A stretch of DNA of 64,000 bases from Phyllobates terribilis (taxonomy: Eukaryota), in the NCBI RefSeq assembly GCF_046119375.1, contig NW_027362763.1:63178001-63242000 (forward strand), written 5' to 3'. Shown in pieces: positions 1-13,869 of this stretch (positions are counted from its first letter, which is position 1; the number at the start of each line of letters is the position of its first letter). Made by a program: the position numbers and the translations under genes. Under the pieces are notes generated by a model, which was not told the origin of the DNA, did not search any database, and worked only from the letters and a program-made list of their open reading frames with translations.

Positions 1-1941
1 AAAGCTTGTGGCATGACCAGACAGGCTTTGGGTGCAGGTGGAAGACCGAGAGGAGGTTGAGGAGGCAGAAGCAGTGGAGGAACTTTGACATAAAGAGGAT
101 TGACGCACAACTCGTGGGGACGGCAAGACTTGGACAGCAGCCCCTTGTCCTGCTGTCACCATAGTTACCCAGTGCCCAGTCAGCGACATGTAACGCCCCT
201 GTCCATGCCTACTCGTCCAAGTGTCTGTGGTGAAATGCACCCTGTCACACACAGAGTTTCTCAAAGAAGCGGTGATGTTATGTGCGACATGCTGGTGGAG
301 CGCAGGCACACCTTTCTTTGAGAAGTAGTGCCGACTGGGCATCTGGTACTGGGGCACTGCGACGGACATAAGGTCTCGAAAATCCTCTGTGTCCACCAGG
401 CGGAAAGGCAGCATTTCTGTAGCCAAGAGCTTGCAGATGGTGAAATTCAACCTCTTAGCTTTCTCATGGCTAGGAGGAAATGGTCTTTTACTTGTCCACA
501 TCTGAGGGACCGAGGGCTGGCTATTGTGCTTAGACGGGGTTGATAAGGGTGTCCCCGGCAAACTGCCGGTCTGTGAGGAAGATGCAGGCGGACATGTTAG
601 GTTGCCTTGATCCAAAGGTGGTGCTATCGATGTCGGACAACGCTCAACACCAGCTGGTGTTACCACCTCCAAAGAAAATGATGACCTGCCAATCACGCTG
701 GCTGTTGCGGGTAAAGAGGTGGCAGGTCTGCGCCCCAAAACAGGTGTGACTGCTGTCCCCCCAGTCACAGAGGATGAAGAGGCCGCGGATGCACAAGATA
801 TGGCAGACGGTGGTTGGCCCGGCCGGCTAGGCCGCATTGTAGCACACTGAGCTTCCCACTGCAACTTATGCTTCATGTCCATGTGCCGGTTCATGCATGA
901 AGTACTCAAACTATGTATTTTTTGGCCTCTACTTAGCTTTTGCTGACAAATGTTACAGATAACACGAGTTGGGTCATCTTTATCGATCTGAAAAAATGCC
1001 CAGGCTATGCAAGGCTTAGCACCCATGCGACCTGAAGAGCCACCACGACTTGTGGTGAGAGGCAGAGTTGTGTTTGAGGATGCAGTTGTTGACGTGCTTC
1101 CAGTACTACGTCTCTGTCCAGGAAGGCGCAACCTGACCTCGTCGTCACTAGCATCTTCCTCCACCTCCTCTGCTGACCTCATCTCTTGGCTGACTGTGGG
1201 TTGACAGTAAGTGGGATCTCCAACCTCATCATCATCACCCTGTGTGTTATCACACCCGTCGTCCTCAGAGCCAACCTGTTCCTGCCCTGACAAAAAACTA
1301 AAGTTGTCGCTCCAATCAGGTATTTGAGTCTTATCATCGTCTTCCTCATTGTCTCCACCAACAGGAGTTACAGTTTGGGAATGAGGGTCTACATTATGGT
1401 CAGAACCTTCTGCGTCTGGTCCTGGATCCGACTCATAAAGATTCTGGGCATCAGTGCAGATCATTTCCTCGTCTGGATTCACAGAAGCGCTGGAGTCGAC
1501 CTCTGATTCCCAGGCTATAGTATGAGTAAACAGCTCTGCAGACTCAACCATCTGTTCTACCTCATACTCAGACGGGCAGCTGGAGATTTGGGAGCTGTGA
1601 GGAAGCAAGTGCGATTTGGGTGACACCTTTGAGGACTGGAGTATTTGTGATGTTGAAGTTGATGTGGAGGAGAGCCCACTTAAAGGAGCACTTGATATCC
1701 GTTGAAGCACCTGCTGTTTTTGTGCCTCATCTGGAATTTGTAGTGATTGGCGTGGCCGTAAGAAAGGGATCTTATCACATTGTCCGCTAAAAGAAGTAGA
1801 CATTTTAGTTTGGCTGGAAGATGGTCTTTCTTCTGCAGATGTTACTGTTGCTTTAACACCTACCCCACGGACACAACCTTTTTTCCCCTTCCCAACACGC
1901 CTATTCCCCTTTCCACCAGCAGCAGGCCTTTTTCCACTCAT
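1..1941 (-). pseudogene. Degenerate hAT transposase with BED zinc finger
   Basis: Manual minus-strand translation: MSGKRPAAGGKGNRR from the ATG at 1941; BED finger AWHF/QIDKDDPTRVICNICQQ...CMNRHMDMKH (about 850-1005, 1-nt frameshift); LPFRLVD...PSRHYF...VHFTTDTWTSRHGQGRYMSLTGHW (about 160-480), containing the first catalytic Asp. Confidence 0.9.
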
Positions 1942-2057
1942 TTTGGTGGTTAACTAATTCACAACTCTGGAGTTGTTTGCACAAAAAAACAATGGATGGT
2001 AACCGAGCAGAGCTGAGTGGCCAAACTGTGGTATTAGGCCAAAACTATTGGCTGGGT

Positions 2058-3701
2058 TAGATGCAGAAAAAAATATATTCAGTTTGCAACCTGATGGAGG
2101 TCAGTATAGATGGACTAATACAACAAGTCCCACACACAGCTAGAAGCCCAAATATTTTTTCAGAGGTACTGTAGATGCAGATACAAATTATTTTTAATTT
2201 GCAACCTGATGGAGGTCAGTATAGATGGACTAATAGAGAAAGTCCGACACACTGCTACAAGGCCAAATATTTTTTCAGAGGTAGATGCAGAAAAAAATTA
2301 TATTCAGTTTGCAACCTGATGGAGGTCAGTATAGATGGACTAATACAACAAGTCCCACACACAGCTAGAAGCCCAAATATTTTTTCAGAGGTACTGTAGA
2401 TGCAGATACAAATTATTTTTAATTTGCAACCTGATGGAGGTCAGTATAGATGGACTAATACAACAAGTCCCACACACAGCTAGAAGCCCAAATATTTTTT
2501 CAGAGGTACTGTAGATGCAGATAAAAATTATTTTTAATTTGCAACCTGATGGAGGTCAGTATAGATGGACTAATACAACAAGTCCCACACACAGCTAGAA
2601 GCCCAAATATTTTTTCAGAGGTACTGTAGATGCAGATACAAATTATTTTTAATTTGCAACCTGATGGAGGTCAGTATAGATGGACTAATACAACAAGTGC
2701 CACACACAGCTAGAAGCCCAAATATTTTTTCAGAGGTACTGTAGATGCAGATACAAATTATTTTTAATTTGCAACCTGATGGAGGTCAGTATAGATGGAC
2801 TAATACAACAAGTCCCACACACAGCTAGAAGCCCAAATATTTTTTCAGAGGTACTATAGATGCAGATACAAATTATTTTTAATTTGCAACCTGATGAAGG
2901 TCAGTATAGATGGACTAATACAACAAGTCCCACACACAGCTAGAAGCCCAAATATTTTTTCAGAGGTACTGTAGATGCAGATAAAAATTATTTTTAATTT
3001 GCAACCTGATGGAGGTCAGTATAGATGGACTAATAGAGAAAGTCCCACACACAGCTAGAAGGCCAAATATTTTTTCAGAGCTAGATGCAGAAAAAAATTA
3101 TATTCAGTTTGCAACCTGATGGAGGTCAGTATAGATGGATTAATAGAACAAGACCCACACACAGCTAGAAGCCCATTATTTTTTCAGAGGTAGATGCAGA
3201 AAAAAATATATTCAGTTTGCAACCTGATGGAGGTCAGTATAGATGGACTAATACAACAAGTCCCACACACAGCTAGAAGCCCAAATATTTTTTCAGAGGT
3301 ACTGTAGATGCAGATACAAATTATTTTTAATTTGCAACCTGATGGAGGTCAGTATAGATGGACTAATAGAGAAAGTCCCACACACCGCTAGAAGGCCAAA
3401 TATTTTTTCAGAGCTAGATGCAGAAAAAAATTATATTCAGTTTGCAACCTGATGGAGGTCAGTATAGATGGATTAATAGAACAAGTCCCACACACTGCTA
3501 GAAGCCCAAATATTTTTTCAGAGGTAGATGCAGAAAAAAATATATTCAGTTTGCAACCTGATGGAGGTCAGTATAGATGGACTAATACAACAAGTCCCAC
3601 ACACAGCTAGAAGCCCAAATATTTTTTCAGAGGTACTGTAGATGCAGATAAAAATTAGTTTTAATTTGCAACCTGATGGAGGTCAGTATAGATCGACTAA
3701 T
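2058..3701. repeat. Tandem array inside the hAT element, 15 copies of a 108-115 bp unit
   Basis: GCAACCTGATGGAGGTCAGTATAGATGG core starts at 2086, 2201, 2311, 2426, 2541, 2656, 2771, 2886, 3001, 3111, 3219, 3334, 3444, 3553 and 3668. Confidence 0.97.
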
Positions 3702-5870
3702 AGAATGATGCTATGCCCAAAAGATTTTACTTCACTAGGTGCAGTAAAAAAATTGGTATTCTATACACAGGTGGTATATCTTGCAGCACAGATAGGCTAC
3801 TCCACTGACTAACACACTCTGCAATAGGCCAAAAAGGATTAGCTTTGCTAGATTCAGCCAAATGCTGTGAAAAAAACTTGCACAGCACTGGCACAGACCT
3901 GCCTGGCAAAAACTGATAGGAACTGATGTAACCTAGTCCTGAAAAGGACTCCAATTACAATTAGTCTTTACTCCCACAACCTATCTATTTAAGAGCACAG
4001 ACCTCCCTGATAAAAGTCGTAGGAAATGCTGTAACCTAGTCCTTAAAAGGACTGCAATCACAACTATTCCCTACTCCCAAGCTATCTGTAGATTTGTGCG
4101 AAAATTGGCTTGAAATTAACAAGGTATAGCGCACACAGCAACAGCGGTGCCGTCTAACACGCAGCTGCAGCAGTGAGAAAATGGTGGCGACGGGGAAAAT
4201 GGCTTGGTCTTATAGGGCAAGGACATGTGACATACACTGCCAATCACACATGCCCTTGCTTGTGTGAAAAAAAGCACTTCGCTCCGTGTGTGCGCTGCTG
4301 ATAGGCTGACAGATTGCACCTCCCCACTGTAAATGCGGGAAAGAGAAAAAAAAATGGAGATCTTCATTGTTCCTGCAGAGATCCATCCCCTGCCCCTCCC
4401 CCCACCCCGCTGTACACTGAAACTGCGTATTAACATTAATTTTCAGCATTACTGAGAAAAAATCCAGTTATGATTTTGGTGCACGAACAGTTATCGAACA
4501 TAACCTCGAACAGCCGAATTTTTATCAAATTGTTCGTGTTCGCCGAACGGCTCGAACACCGCCCAAAACAGCTCGAATTTGAGATTGGCGAACAGTTCGA
4601 GTAGAACAACGCTCATCTCTAGTAATAAATAACATTTCCCACATGTCTACTTTACATCAGCACAATTTTGGAAACATAATCTGTTTTTGTTAGGAAGTTA
4701 TAAAGGTTAAAAGTTGACAAGCGATTTCTCATTTTTACAACAAAATTTACAAAACTATTTTTTTTTAGAGACCACATCACATTTGAAGTGACTTTGAAGG
4801 GTCTATATGACATAAAATACCCAAAAGTGACACCATTCTAAAAACTGCACCCCTCAAAGTGCTCAAAACCACATTCAAGAAGTTTATTAACCCTTCAGGT
4901 GCTTCACAGGAATTAATGGAATGTGGAAGGAAAAAATTAACATTTAACTTTTTTCACAAACATTTTATTTTAGACCCATTTTTTTTACTTTCACAACAGT
5001 AACAGGAAAAAAATGGAACCCAAAATTTGTTGTGCAATTTCTCCTGAGCACACCGATACCAATATGTGGGGGAAAACCACTGTTTGGGTGCATGGCAGGG
5101 CTCGGAAGGGAACGAGCGCCATTAGAGAACGCCATGTCGCACTTGGAGAGCCGCTGATGTGCCTAAACAGTGGAAACCCCCCACAAGTGACACCACTCTG
5201 GAAACTAGACCCTTCAGAGAACTTATCTAGATGTGTGGTGATCCATGAACCCACAGGTTTTCTTGAACCCCAAGGTGCTTCACAGAAGTTTATAACGTTC
5301 AGCCTTGAAAATAAATCACATTTTCCACAAAAATGTGTTTTTAGCCCCATATTTTGCATTTTTTTTACTAGGGTAATAGGAAAACTTGCACCATAGAATT
5401 TGTTGTACAATTTCTCCTGAGTATGCAGATACCTAATATGTGGAGAAAAACTACTATTTGGGCGCACAGCAGGGCTCGGAAGGGAAGGAGCGCCATTTGA
5501 CATTTTGAATGTAAAATTTGCTGGCATAATTAGCGGACGCCATGTCGCGTTTGGAGAGCTCCTGATATGCCTATACTGTGGAAACCCCCCACAAGTGACA
5601 CCGTTTTGTAAACTAGACCCCTCAGGGAACTTATCTAGATGTGTGTTGAGCACCTTGAAACCCCAGGTGCTTCACAGAAGTTTATAACGTTGAGCCATGA
5701 AGATAAAAAAATCACTTTTTCTCACAAGAATATTTATTAGCCCAAAATTTTGCATTTTCACAAGGTTAACTGGAGAAAATGGACCCCCAAATATTTTGTC
5801 CAATTTCTCCTGAGTACGCAGATACCTCATATGTTGTCGAAAGCTACTTCTAGGGGATCATATTGACAGG

Positions 5871-6870
5871 TGTGTCACAGCATTTTATACCATTAACACA
5901 GGATGAGGGTAAAACAGCGTGGCAATACTTTATTGAACCACCAAATGGACAATAAACACATAGAACAGTCCCAGCAAGCACCCAAGATAGTACAACATTA
6001 CACAGTCCTCATCCTTCCGCTGGCCCACCTGGGATAAAACAGCTGTTGTGACTTTGGGACTTCCAGGGCCCACTGTCTCAACCACTCCCGCTTCTGGCAG
6101 GCCCCTACAGAGAAGGTAGCGGCAAGCTTAGAAAGCTAGCAGTTCATTGAGGTACAATGCCAGGACACCCGAGGGTCCCACCCTGGCCTCAACGAGAGTT
6201 TCCATGGGGCCAGATGACCGGCTGGTCCCAATCTGGCTTCTCCGAATGTCTCCATGGGTTCCAGGCGACTGGAGGGTCCCACCTGGCAACCCCAAACAAC
6301 ATATCCATGGGGCCAGGTGACTTCATCGTCCCAACCTGGTCTCCCCAAAATATATCCATGGGCTCTCTGATGGTCAATGGAGCAGATCCGTATCTTTCCA
6401 GTTAGGGCCATATAACCTTAAACCGGAATCATGTAGAATTCAAATCTGTGTCTCTTTGGTTAAAGCCATGCTTCTAAGCTGGTGTTCTGAGAGAGTCTGT
6501 GTGTCTTTTGCTTCTCCTTGTAAAGTCTCTTTCCAATTTCTGTTTCAAGTCTCTCTGCTACAGAAGAACATGTCCTTTTAAGTACATATCCACAGGTAAG
6601 GGGTTAGAGAGGGCATTACTCACATGGCTCAGGTCTCATTGTTTGAGCTAATCTATTTACATAGTTGGTATAGGAGGGGGCTCTTGTAAATAAACATAAT
6701 TGTTTCATAATCAAAGAGAAGTCAACATTCAGGGTTATGCAAATAGTATGACCTTCTTGACCAGTTACAGAAACACATACATTTACAAGTCAACATAAAG
6801 ATAATAGTGTATTTCTCTTGGCTTAACAAATCTAATTGTCTGGCTGATTAAGATAAGCTGTATCGTCACA
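5871..6870 (-). mobile_element. Probable solo LTR (about 1 kb)
   Basis: TG...CA ends (TGTGTCACAG / TCGTCACA), minus-strand AATAAA near 5930, interrupts the host repeat. No TSD found. Confidence 0.45.
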
Positions 6871-7310
6871 TTAAGGACGAGGAGCCATTTAGTTTTTCCA
6901 GAGCCTTTGTGCTACCAGTAACATGGAAACCCCTTATATTTCCTTTAACAGATGACGGACCTGAGTGGTGACTTGCTTTTTTTGTGAATGGAGTTGAAGC
7001 TTTTAATGGGAACATTTTACATAACATTTGGGATCACATTTATCCTGTGCTCTATGCTGAGCACTTAAATCAGGGTTTCCATCTAAATCTCCGAGTGACG
7101 AGATTCAGATGAAACCCCTGAGGGATCCATTATCTATAATGAGGCAACAAAGTTACTCTGGACTCCGTTTGGCCTTTGTTCAGCCTTGCCCTTCTTTTCA
7201 GAAGTGCACAAAGCTCTGGCCAACGGCACTTTTATGCATGACTAATAAAAAGACGGACACCGCCGGATCAAAAGCCAGACGGCATCCACAGTGCCTCCAT
7301 CTGCCTCATT

Positions 7311-8591
7311 ATAGTAACATAGTTTTTAGTTTTTAAGGTTGAAGGAAGACTAAGTCCATCTAGTTCAACCCATAGCCTAACATGTTGATCCAGAGGAAGG
7401 CAAAAAACCCCATGTGGCAAACACTAAGCTCCACATTGGGGAAAAAATTCCTTCCCGACTTTATACGATAATCAGACTAGTTCCCTGGATCAACGCCGTA
7501 TCAAGGAATCTAGTATATATAACCTGTAATATTATACTTTTCAAGAAAAACATCCAGGCCCTTCTTAAATTTTAATAGTGAATCACTCATTACTACATCA
7601 TGCGGCAGAGAGTTCCATAGTTTCACTGCTCTTACAGTAAAGAATCCCCGTCTGTGATTATGATTAAACTTTCTTTCCTCCAGACGTAGAAGATGCCCCC
7701 TTGTCCCCATCTCAGGCCTCAGAGTAATAAGATCAGTAGAAAGGTCTTTGTACTGTCCCCTCATATACTTGTACATAGTAATAAGATCACCCCTAAGCCT
7801 TTGTTTTCCACAGTAAATAACCCCAAGTGTAATAACCTGTCTTGGTATTGCAGACCCCCCAGTCCTCTAATAACCTTTGTCGTTCTTCTCTGCACCCTCT
7901 CTAGTTCAGCTAAGTCTTTCTTATACACCGGAGACCAGAACTGTACACAGTATTCTAAGTGTGGTCGCAGTAATGACTTGTATAGAGGTAAAATTGTGTT
8001 CTCTTCGTGAGCATCTATGCCTCTTTTAATGCATCCCATTATTTTATTTGCCTTTGCAGCAGCTGCCTGACACTGGCCACCAAACGTGAGCTTGTCGTCC
8101 ACCAATACACCCAGGTCTTTTTCAGTTACAGTTTTGCCCAGTGTTTTACAATTAAGCATATAGTTATACATTTTATTTCCTCTGCCCAAGTGCATTACCT
8201 TACATTTATCCCCATTAAAACTCATTTGCCATTTATCAGCCCAAGCTTCTAGTTTACATAGATCCTCCTGTAATATAAAATTGTCCTCCTCTGTATTGAT
8301 TACCCTGCAGAGCTTAGTGTCATCTGCAAATATTGAAATATTACTCTGTATGCCCCCTACAAGGTCATTAATAAATATGTTAAAAAGAAGGGGGCCCATT
8401 ACTGACCCCTGTGGTACCCCACTGTTAACTGAGACCCAGTCTGAGTGTTTTCCATTAATAACCACCCTTTGTTTCCTATCACTGAGCCAATTCTTAACCC
8501 ACTTACATATATTTTCCCCTATCCCCATTGTTCTCATTTTATGTATCAACCTTTTGTGTGGAACCGTATCAAAAGCTTTTGAAAAGTCCAT
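7311..8591 (-). mobile_element. 5'-truncated CR1 LINE
   Basis: RT ORF 7761-8591 (DFSKAFDTVPH, GVPQGSVMGPLLFNIFINDL, FADDTK), C-terminal frame 7510-7776, CR1-type 3' end CAACCTTAAAAACTAAAAACTATGTTACTAT. The host repeat continues on both sides. Confidence 0.92.
7510..8591 (-). pseudogene. CR1 ORF2 reverse transcriptase C-terminal part, one frameshift near 7770
   Basis: ORF track 7761..8591 and 7510..7776 carry RT motifs (PQG, FADD). Confidence 0.9.
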
Positions 8592-11500
8592 TTCCCCATT
8601 AGGGAATCTTCCGCTGGGGGTTCCGTCTGAATCACGTATTTCACAGATTTACGTGGAAATCCCGGTGTAAGCGCTCAGCGCAGAGTGCAGGATAAATGTG
8701 AGACGAGCCATACTGCAATGTTTGGGAGGCAGAATGAATAAATCATCAGCAGGTGAAGAATTGGTCTTATTTATTTTTTACGCCTTTCCTCGTGCGGTGA
8801 TGTGACGACTTTATTCTTCGGGTCGGTGAGATTACAGCGATACCAGAATTTTATCAGGTTTTTATGATTGGCTGCTGTCACACACTAACAGACGCTTTTT
8901 ATTGTAAAAACTAGTTTTTTCATCACCATATTTTGAGAGCTATAATTTTTCCATATTTCGGCCCACAGAGTCATGTGACGGTTTGTTTTTTTGCGGGGAC
9001 GAGTTGACGTTTGTATTTGTAACATTTTCAGGCAGAATTAAATTTTTGGGAGGCCGAATGAACAAAAAACAGCAAATCAGGAATTGTTTTTTGGGGATTT
9101 TTTTATGCCATTCTGCTTGTGATAAAATTAATAAGGCAGATTTATTCTTCCGGACAGTACGTTTACAGCAATACTACATTTCTATTTTTTTTTTATGTTT
9201 TGGTGCTTTTACACAATAAAAACTGTTTTATAGAAAAAATAATTATTTTTGCATCACTTTATTCTGAGAGCTATAACTTTTTTATTTTTCCGCTGATGTT
9301 GCTGTATGGCAGCTTGTTTTTTGCGGGACAAGATGACGTTTTTAGCGACTCCATTTTTATTTACTTTTTCCTTTTTGCACTTTTTGTTCGGCGGTATGAT
9401 GATATGAAGCATTAGATCAGTGTCTAACAGACAGGAAGGAGGCATCTCAGCTCCTGCTATCTCTAATATATTATTATATATTTTTATACCAAAGAGCCGT
9501 TTTTTATGCTATTTTTTGCCTTCTTTATGGACAAGCAACTGAACTAACCCGTGAAAGGGCCCTTTGTTACGGAGTTTTCCCCTGTTTTGAAAGAATTTTC
9601 CACTTTATTACATTTTCATGTCATGGAATTATCTCCATGAAGTGGTCAGGTTGGTCCACCACACTCCAGTGCCTCCATAAAATGACCCATCCAAAACCCG
9701 AGGTTACACCATCAGCCTTGCGAAATGTTAGTGAGAACCTTTTCCTTCACCTCCTGCAATTTATATAGTGAGTGAAAAGGGAAGGGAAGACTGCCACTTT
9801 GCAAAACTTAGCAGCATATTAAAAAAAAAAGGACCCAAGAAGAAAAACATATAAAATTACTCTGAGCAAACACTACAGAACATGTGGTCATTGGAAGTCA
9901 CTTCTGACATACACTTGGCCAGCTACAGTCAGATTTTATGGTAACAGGAAATATGTTCACCAGCTTTGGGAGTTCCACCAGCCCCAGTGGAAGGGAGAAC
10001 ATTTGGTGTTCTGGGTACATTATATCCTGTAGCCTGATTGACAGGACATTGCTATAAACCAGATTTACATGAAATCAACTCTCAGGTCTGACTCGGTAGC
10101 CAAGAAGAAATGAATATTAGAAGAATCATAAAAATTGTACATTTTATATATTCCAAACGAGTGCGTTGGCTCCTCCAGGTTTCGCGAGGCTTCCGTCTTT
10201 ACGTTCACGTTTTTATCTCTAGACGGAAGGTCATACGAGGCATTTTGGCATCCTATGAACATTGGCTCGCGAGTCCATACTCTGTAGGTTAAAGATGATA
10301 CTTGTAATCGCCGGCTAATGGAGAAATAATAATTGAAGAAGTGAAAAATGGAAAAACAGGAAAGGTGAAAACCATTCCGTCATCAGCAAATAATTAATCA
10401 TGATCTTTCAGGAAATTAAGATTGGGGAGACGTCTGTTTTCAGTTCTAGGCTTGTGCACCATTATGTATCATATATGTAAGTGTATTAAAGGGGATGTTT
10501 GGTTTGGAAAGGAAAAAAAAGCTGAAATGCTTTGATTAAAGATTTCTGAGTAGAATTGACATGCGAGCCCTAGAAAAAAAACAAGGATGTCAGGGCAAGA
10601 ATGCCAGTCGCCTGAGTGGAGACTGTCTCCTGGCTGTGGAAGCTTCACTGCATGTGTGTGCTTGCTCATCCCCTCCTCCTCCTTTGACGTTTACTTTGTC
10701 CTGTACATACATAGATTTATTCAGCTAAAGAAGTCTTCACTTTTATTGAAGTGGTCTTTACTGGGATTCAAGCTCACAACCTCTAGTGGGGCAGGCAGCA
10801 GCTTTAGGCTGCACTGCCAAGGATAGGAGAATTTTATCTACTTGAATATGTGAATGTTTTTCTTCTTTACAGGTACATTGTACTGTTATACAGAGAAACA
10901 CCTCTATATACCTCTTTACACCTGTGTATAAAAGTTAAAAATAGTTTTTTTTTCTGATAACCATACTAATAAGTAAAGAAAATTATTCACAATTATCAAA
11001 TTTCTTAATACTCTTTTTAAAAAAATAAAATAAAATAAACATCACAAATCAGCAAATAACATGGACTAATTTGGCATCCCTGTAATTCTAACAACCGGTA
11101 CAATACAGTGAACAATTTATATAAGAAGATTGGCAAATAGCATAAAAAAATGGCTTGATTTTTTTTTTTCTCCACTAAGCCTATAAAAAATTTAATAAAA
11201 ATGTCATGCTTACATACATGGCAGAATGACACTTAAAAAAAAATGCTATAGCTAATATAGCAAAAATAGAAAGAAGGACCTTACATAGTGAAGCTTACCT
11301 ACAAATGAAAAAGTTATGGCTGTTACAAGTTTGAATGCTTGAACAAAATAAAAAGGGTCTCCATTGTCCCGGATACAGCGGGATAGAGTCAAATATGGGT
11401 CTCTGTTTCGCAGTCCTGGGTGTTCTGCTGAATGTCCCTCAATGCCACCATGCCCTCTATAACATCTCCTTCTGAAGGCAGAAAGGAGCGTCAAGGAGAT

Positions 11501-13098
11501 TGTGCAAGAGCAGAGGAGTATGCCGAGAAGACATTCTGAAGGCGGAGAGGAGCATCAGGGAGATGACCTGAGGGCAGAGCGTCTTAAAAATGTATTGGCT
11601 TTGTGATGTAAGAAATTGAAGTCCATTAAGAAATTTGTGACTAGCTGAGGGTGGACACTTGTATGCTTAATTAATAATGGTCCCTGTCCTTATGAACTAT
11701 TAAGATCTTCAGATCCCTGTCTCTTTGATTGGAGAGCTGTTGAGTACAGCATCTCCTACTCTGTGGAGAACTCACATTGCCGCCCTTTCATTTGAATGGA
11801 CATCATGTAATAATGTAGTAATTTCTTCAGCTTCTCCAAGTTATAACAGATAACCACAAGGTGTATCAATTGCAAGACCCTTAGTGATGAGCATATCATC
11901 TGTTACGAATTGCATTGACAAGGTGGAACAACCCCGTTTATGAATTTTCTTTCTTACTACGGGAAAGAAGACCTAACATCCATTGGGTTTATCAATGTAG
12001 ATGTGTCCTTTCCTACCTTTGCTGTTGATTTAACACTTATAGATGACCTTCTGAAAACAAAAGATGTTGCGATACTTTGTCGGGAGATGTTTATGGTATA
12101 TATATATATCTTTATGAGGGCACTCAGTGGTTGTGATATGAGTCGCAGCCTTTTGAGGGTTTTGCTAGCATGTCGTGATGTTTGAGACCTTTTCCTTAAG
12201 ATATCAAAGCCCCGAGCCAAATTCAAGAAAAAGTAAGGGCAGACCCCTCTGTTTGTCGAATAGATGTTCATTGCATTTGGTGGGATATGCTGGAGTGATT
12301 AAGGGTTTTTTTTTGCAGATTTTGACAAATAACCCTCTAGCATTACTTCTGGTCACTTGTCATTTTTGCTGATTCGGGGTTTTCTAACCCTAGTGTGACA
12401 TCAGACCCCATTTCCTTCGCCCTGCGAGAGAAAACATTGACTTTGCTGTATGTAAAAGTGGGTTGAGCTTGAAGAGGAAAGTTTCTGTTGACACAGCAAT
12501 AGTTTAAGCGTTGCGAAAATAGAGAGCAGCCAAGGGAAAAGGTTATATGATAAATAGCCTTACATTTTATGGTTATTCATTTCAGGAAGGTACAAAAACT
12601 CAATTTTCAGGCAGGAAATGATATGCATGGTAACTGGCCATCGCTTTAAACATATTTCTGTTAATGGAGCGACTGATCTAAAGCACAATTTTGTTCCCGT
12701 TGTCAATTTGTCACCTACATATGATATGTGTATCCTGTGTCTTCATGTGTAATGACTATTCATGGGAGTCATCAACCATGTGCAACAATGATTAGCAATG
12801 ATCTGGCTTGCATAAACGGTATACCATAATTAACTTGTTAACCCTTTGTCCATCTCATTTACGTTGCCCATCTATATTGATCCCTATAGACCTTGTCTAC
12901 TTTGGAGACTAGAGAAGGGCATATTTTAAGACTTTGAAGGGTTTTCCGCACTGCGACAACCACTTATCACGTAACTGTGATTTAGGTGGGGTCTCTAAGG
13001 CACGAAAAATCATGCCACCCACTAATACTCCACCCATCAATGTATTATGAGCATGAAAGAGTATTGGCATCCATGTAATACTATGTTTCCCCAGTAAT

Positions 13099-13611
13099 TG
13101 TTAGAATCTGTTTCTTTGGGACCATCCGCCATTTTTTGTGGTTTTCTGGCTGTTGGTCTTTTTCCCCTGGTGTTGGTTTTGACTAAGGTCAGGTGATTGT
13201 ATCACCCTTTATTACCCAGCACCTGCCTCCTAGTCCTTGCCGGACAACAATGTTAATCTGCGAGAGTTCTGGCTAGGAGGTTTGATAGTAGTCCTTTCTG
13301 TGTTTAGTTTTGTGCAGTTCTTGGATCCTCTAGTTCTGCCTGCTGAGATTCCTTTATTCCCTTTTTCATTTCTGCAGCTTCCTCTAGTTTCTTGCTAGGA
13401 GGTCACCTGTTTGTTTTTCCCAGTCCTTAGTTCTTTCAGGATCTCCTTCCCCTCTTCCTTTAGGTCTTCTTTTGAGTTTAGTTTAGGAAACGTCGGTGGG
13501 TCTATTCGCTAGGAATAGGTTGCCCACTCCACCGTAGGGCTTCAGTCTAGACCTAGTGCAGGGACAGCTATTCCCTCTTCTGCCCTAGTGTGGAGTTGCT
13601 GTTTCGTAACA
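13099..13611. mobile_element. Solo LTR, 513 bp, 5-bp TSD GTAAT
   Basis: GTAAT|TGTTAGAATC ... TTCGTAACA|GTAAT. Shares 3' motifs with 14916-15350. Confidence 0.85.
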
Positions 13612-13869
13612 GTAATGACCATTGTAGGAAAAATATATGGCTGAACGTAACACACCCCAGCAATATCGGCTGATCAATGGTGGTTTCAGATGAAACATCA
13701 CCTTTAAGGCTCTCTATAAATCTTTCTGCCCGTACAGATATAGGGTGCTATTAAGTGCATGGAGGGTGTGTGAAAAGGGGCTACGAGGGACCAGATTTGT
13801 AAGACTATTTTGGAAGGTCAAAACGCTCATAGTTACATAAATTAAGTGAGGCGATGGGCCAGTCTAAAG

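Larger units (their letters stand above)
1..4621 (-). mobile_element. hAT (Ac-like) DNA transposon, one end in window, truncated by window start
   Basis: CGCTCATCTCTA at 4610-4621 (minus strand TAGAGATGAGCG, a hAT-type TAG terminus). Transposase remnants at 1-1941 and an internal tandem array. Sequence right of 4621 resumes a different repeat. Confidence 0.85.
4622..9420 (+). mobile_element. Internal part of a large non-autonomous element (same family as 49097-53904, piggyBac-like), interrupted by LTR-like and CR1 insertions
   Basis: Colinear similarity with 49390-53200: ATAAATAACATTTCCCACATGTCTAC, repeated GGAAACCCCCCACAAGTGAC modules, CCAGAGCCTTT..GCTACCAGTAAC, CCCTGAGGGATCC. Confidence 0.75.

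Noticed and set aside
2058-3701. Regular repeat array resembling CRISPR
   Set aside because: Whole units repeat with no unique spacers, there are no cas genes, and the context is a eukaryotic hAT element.
4991-5687. 220-aa and overlapping ORFs
   Set aside because: They read through repeated non-coding modules of the non-autonomous element; the same modules at 49720-50420 have different stops.
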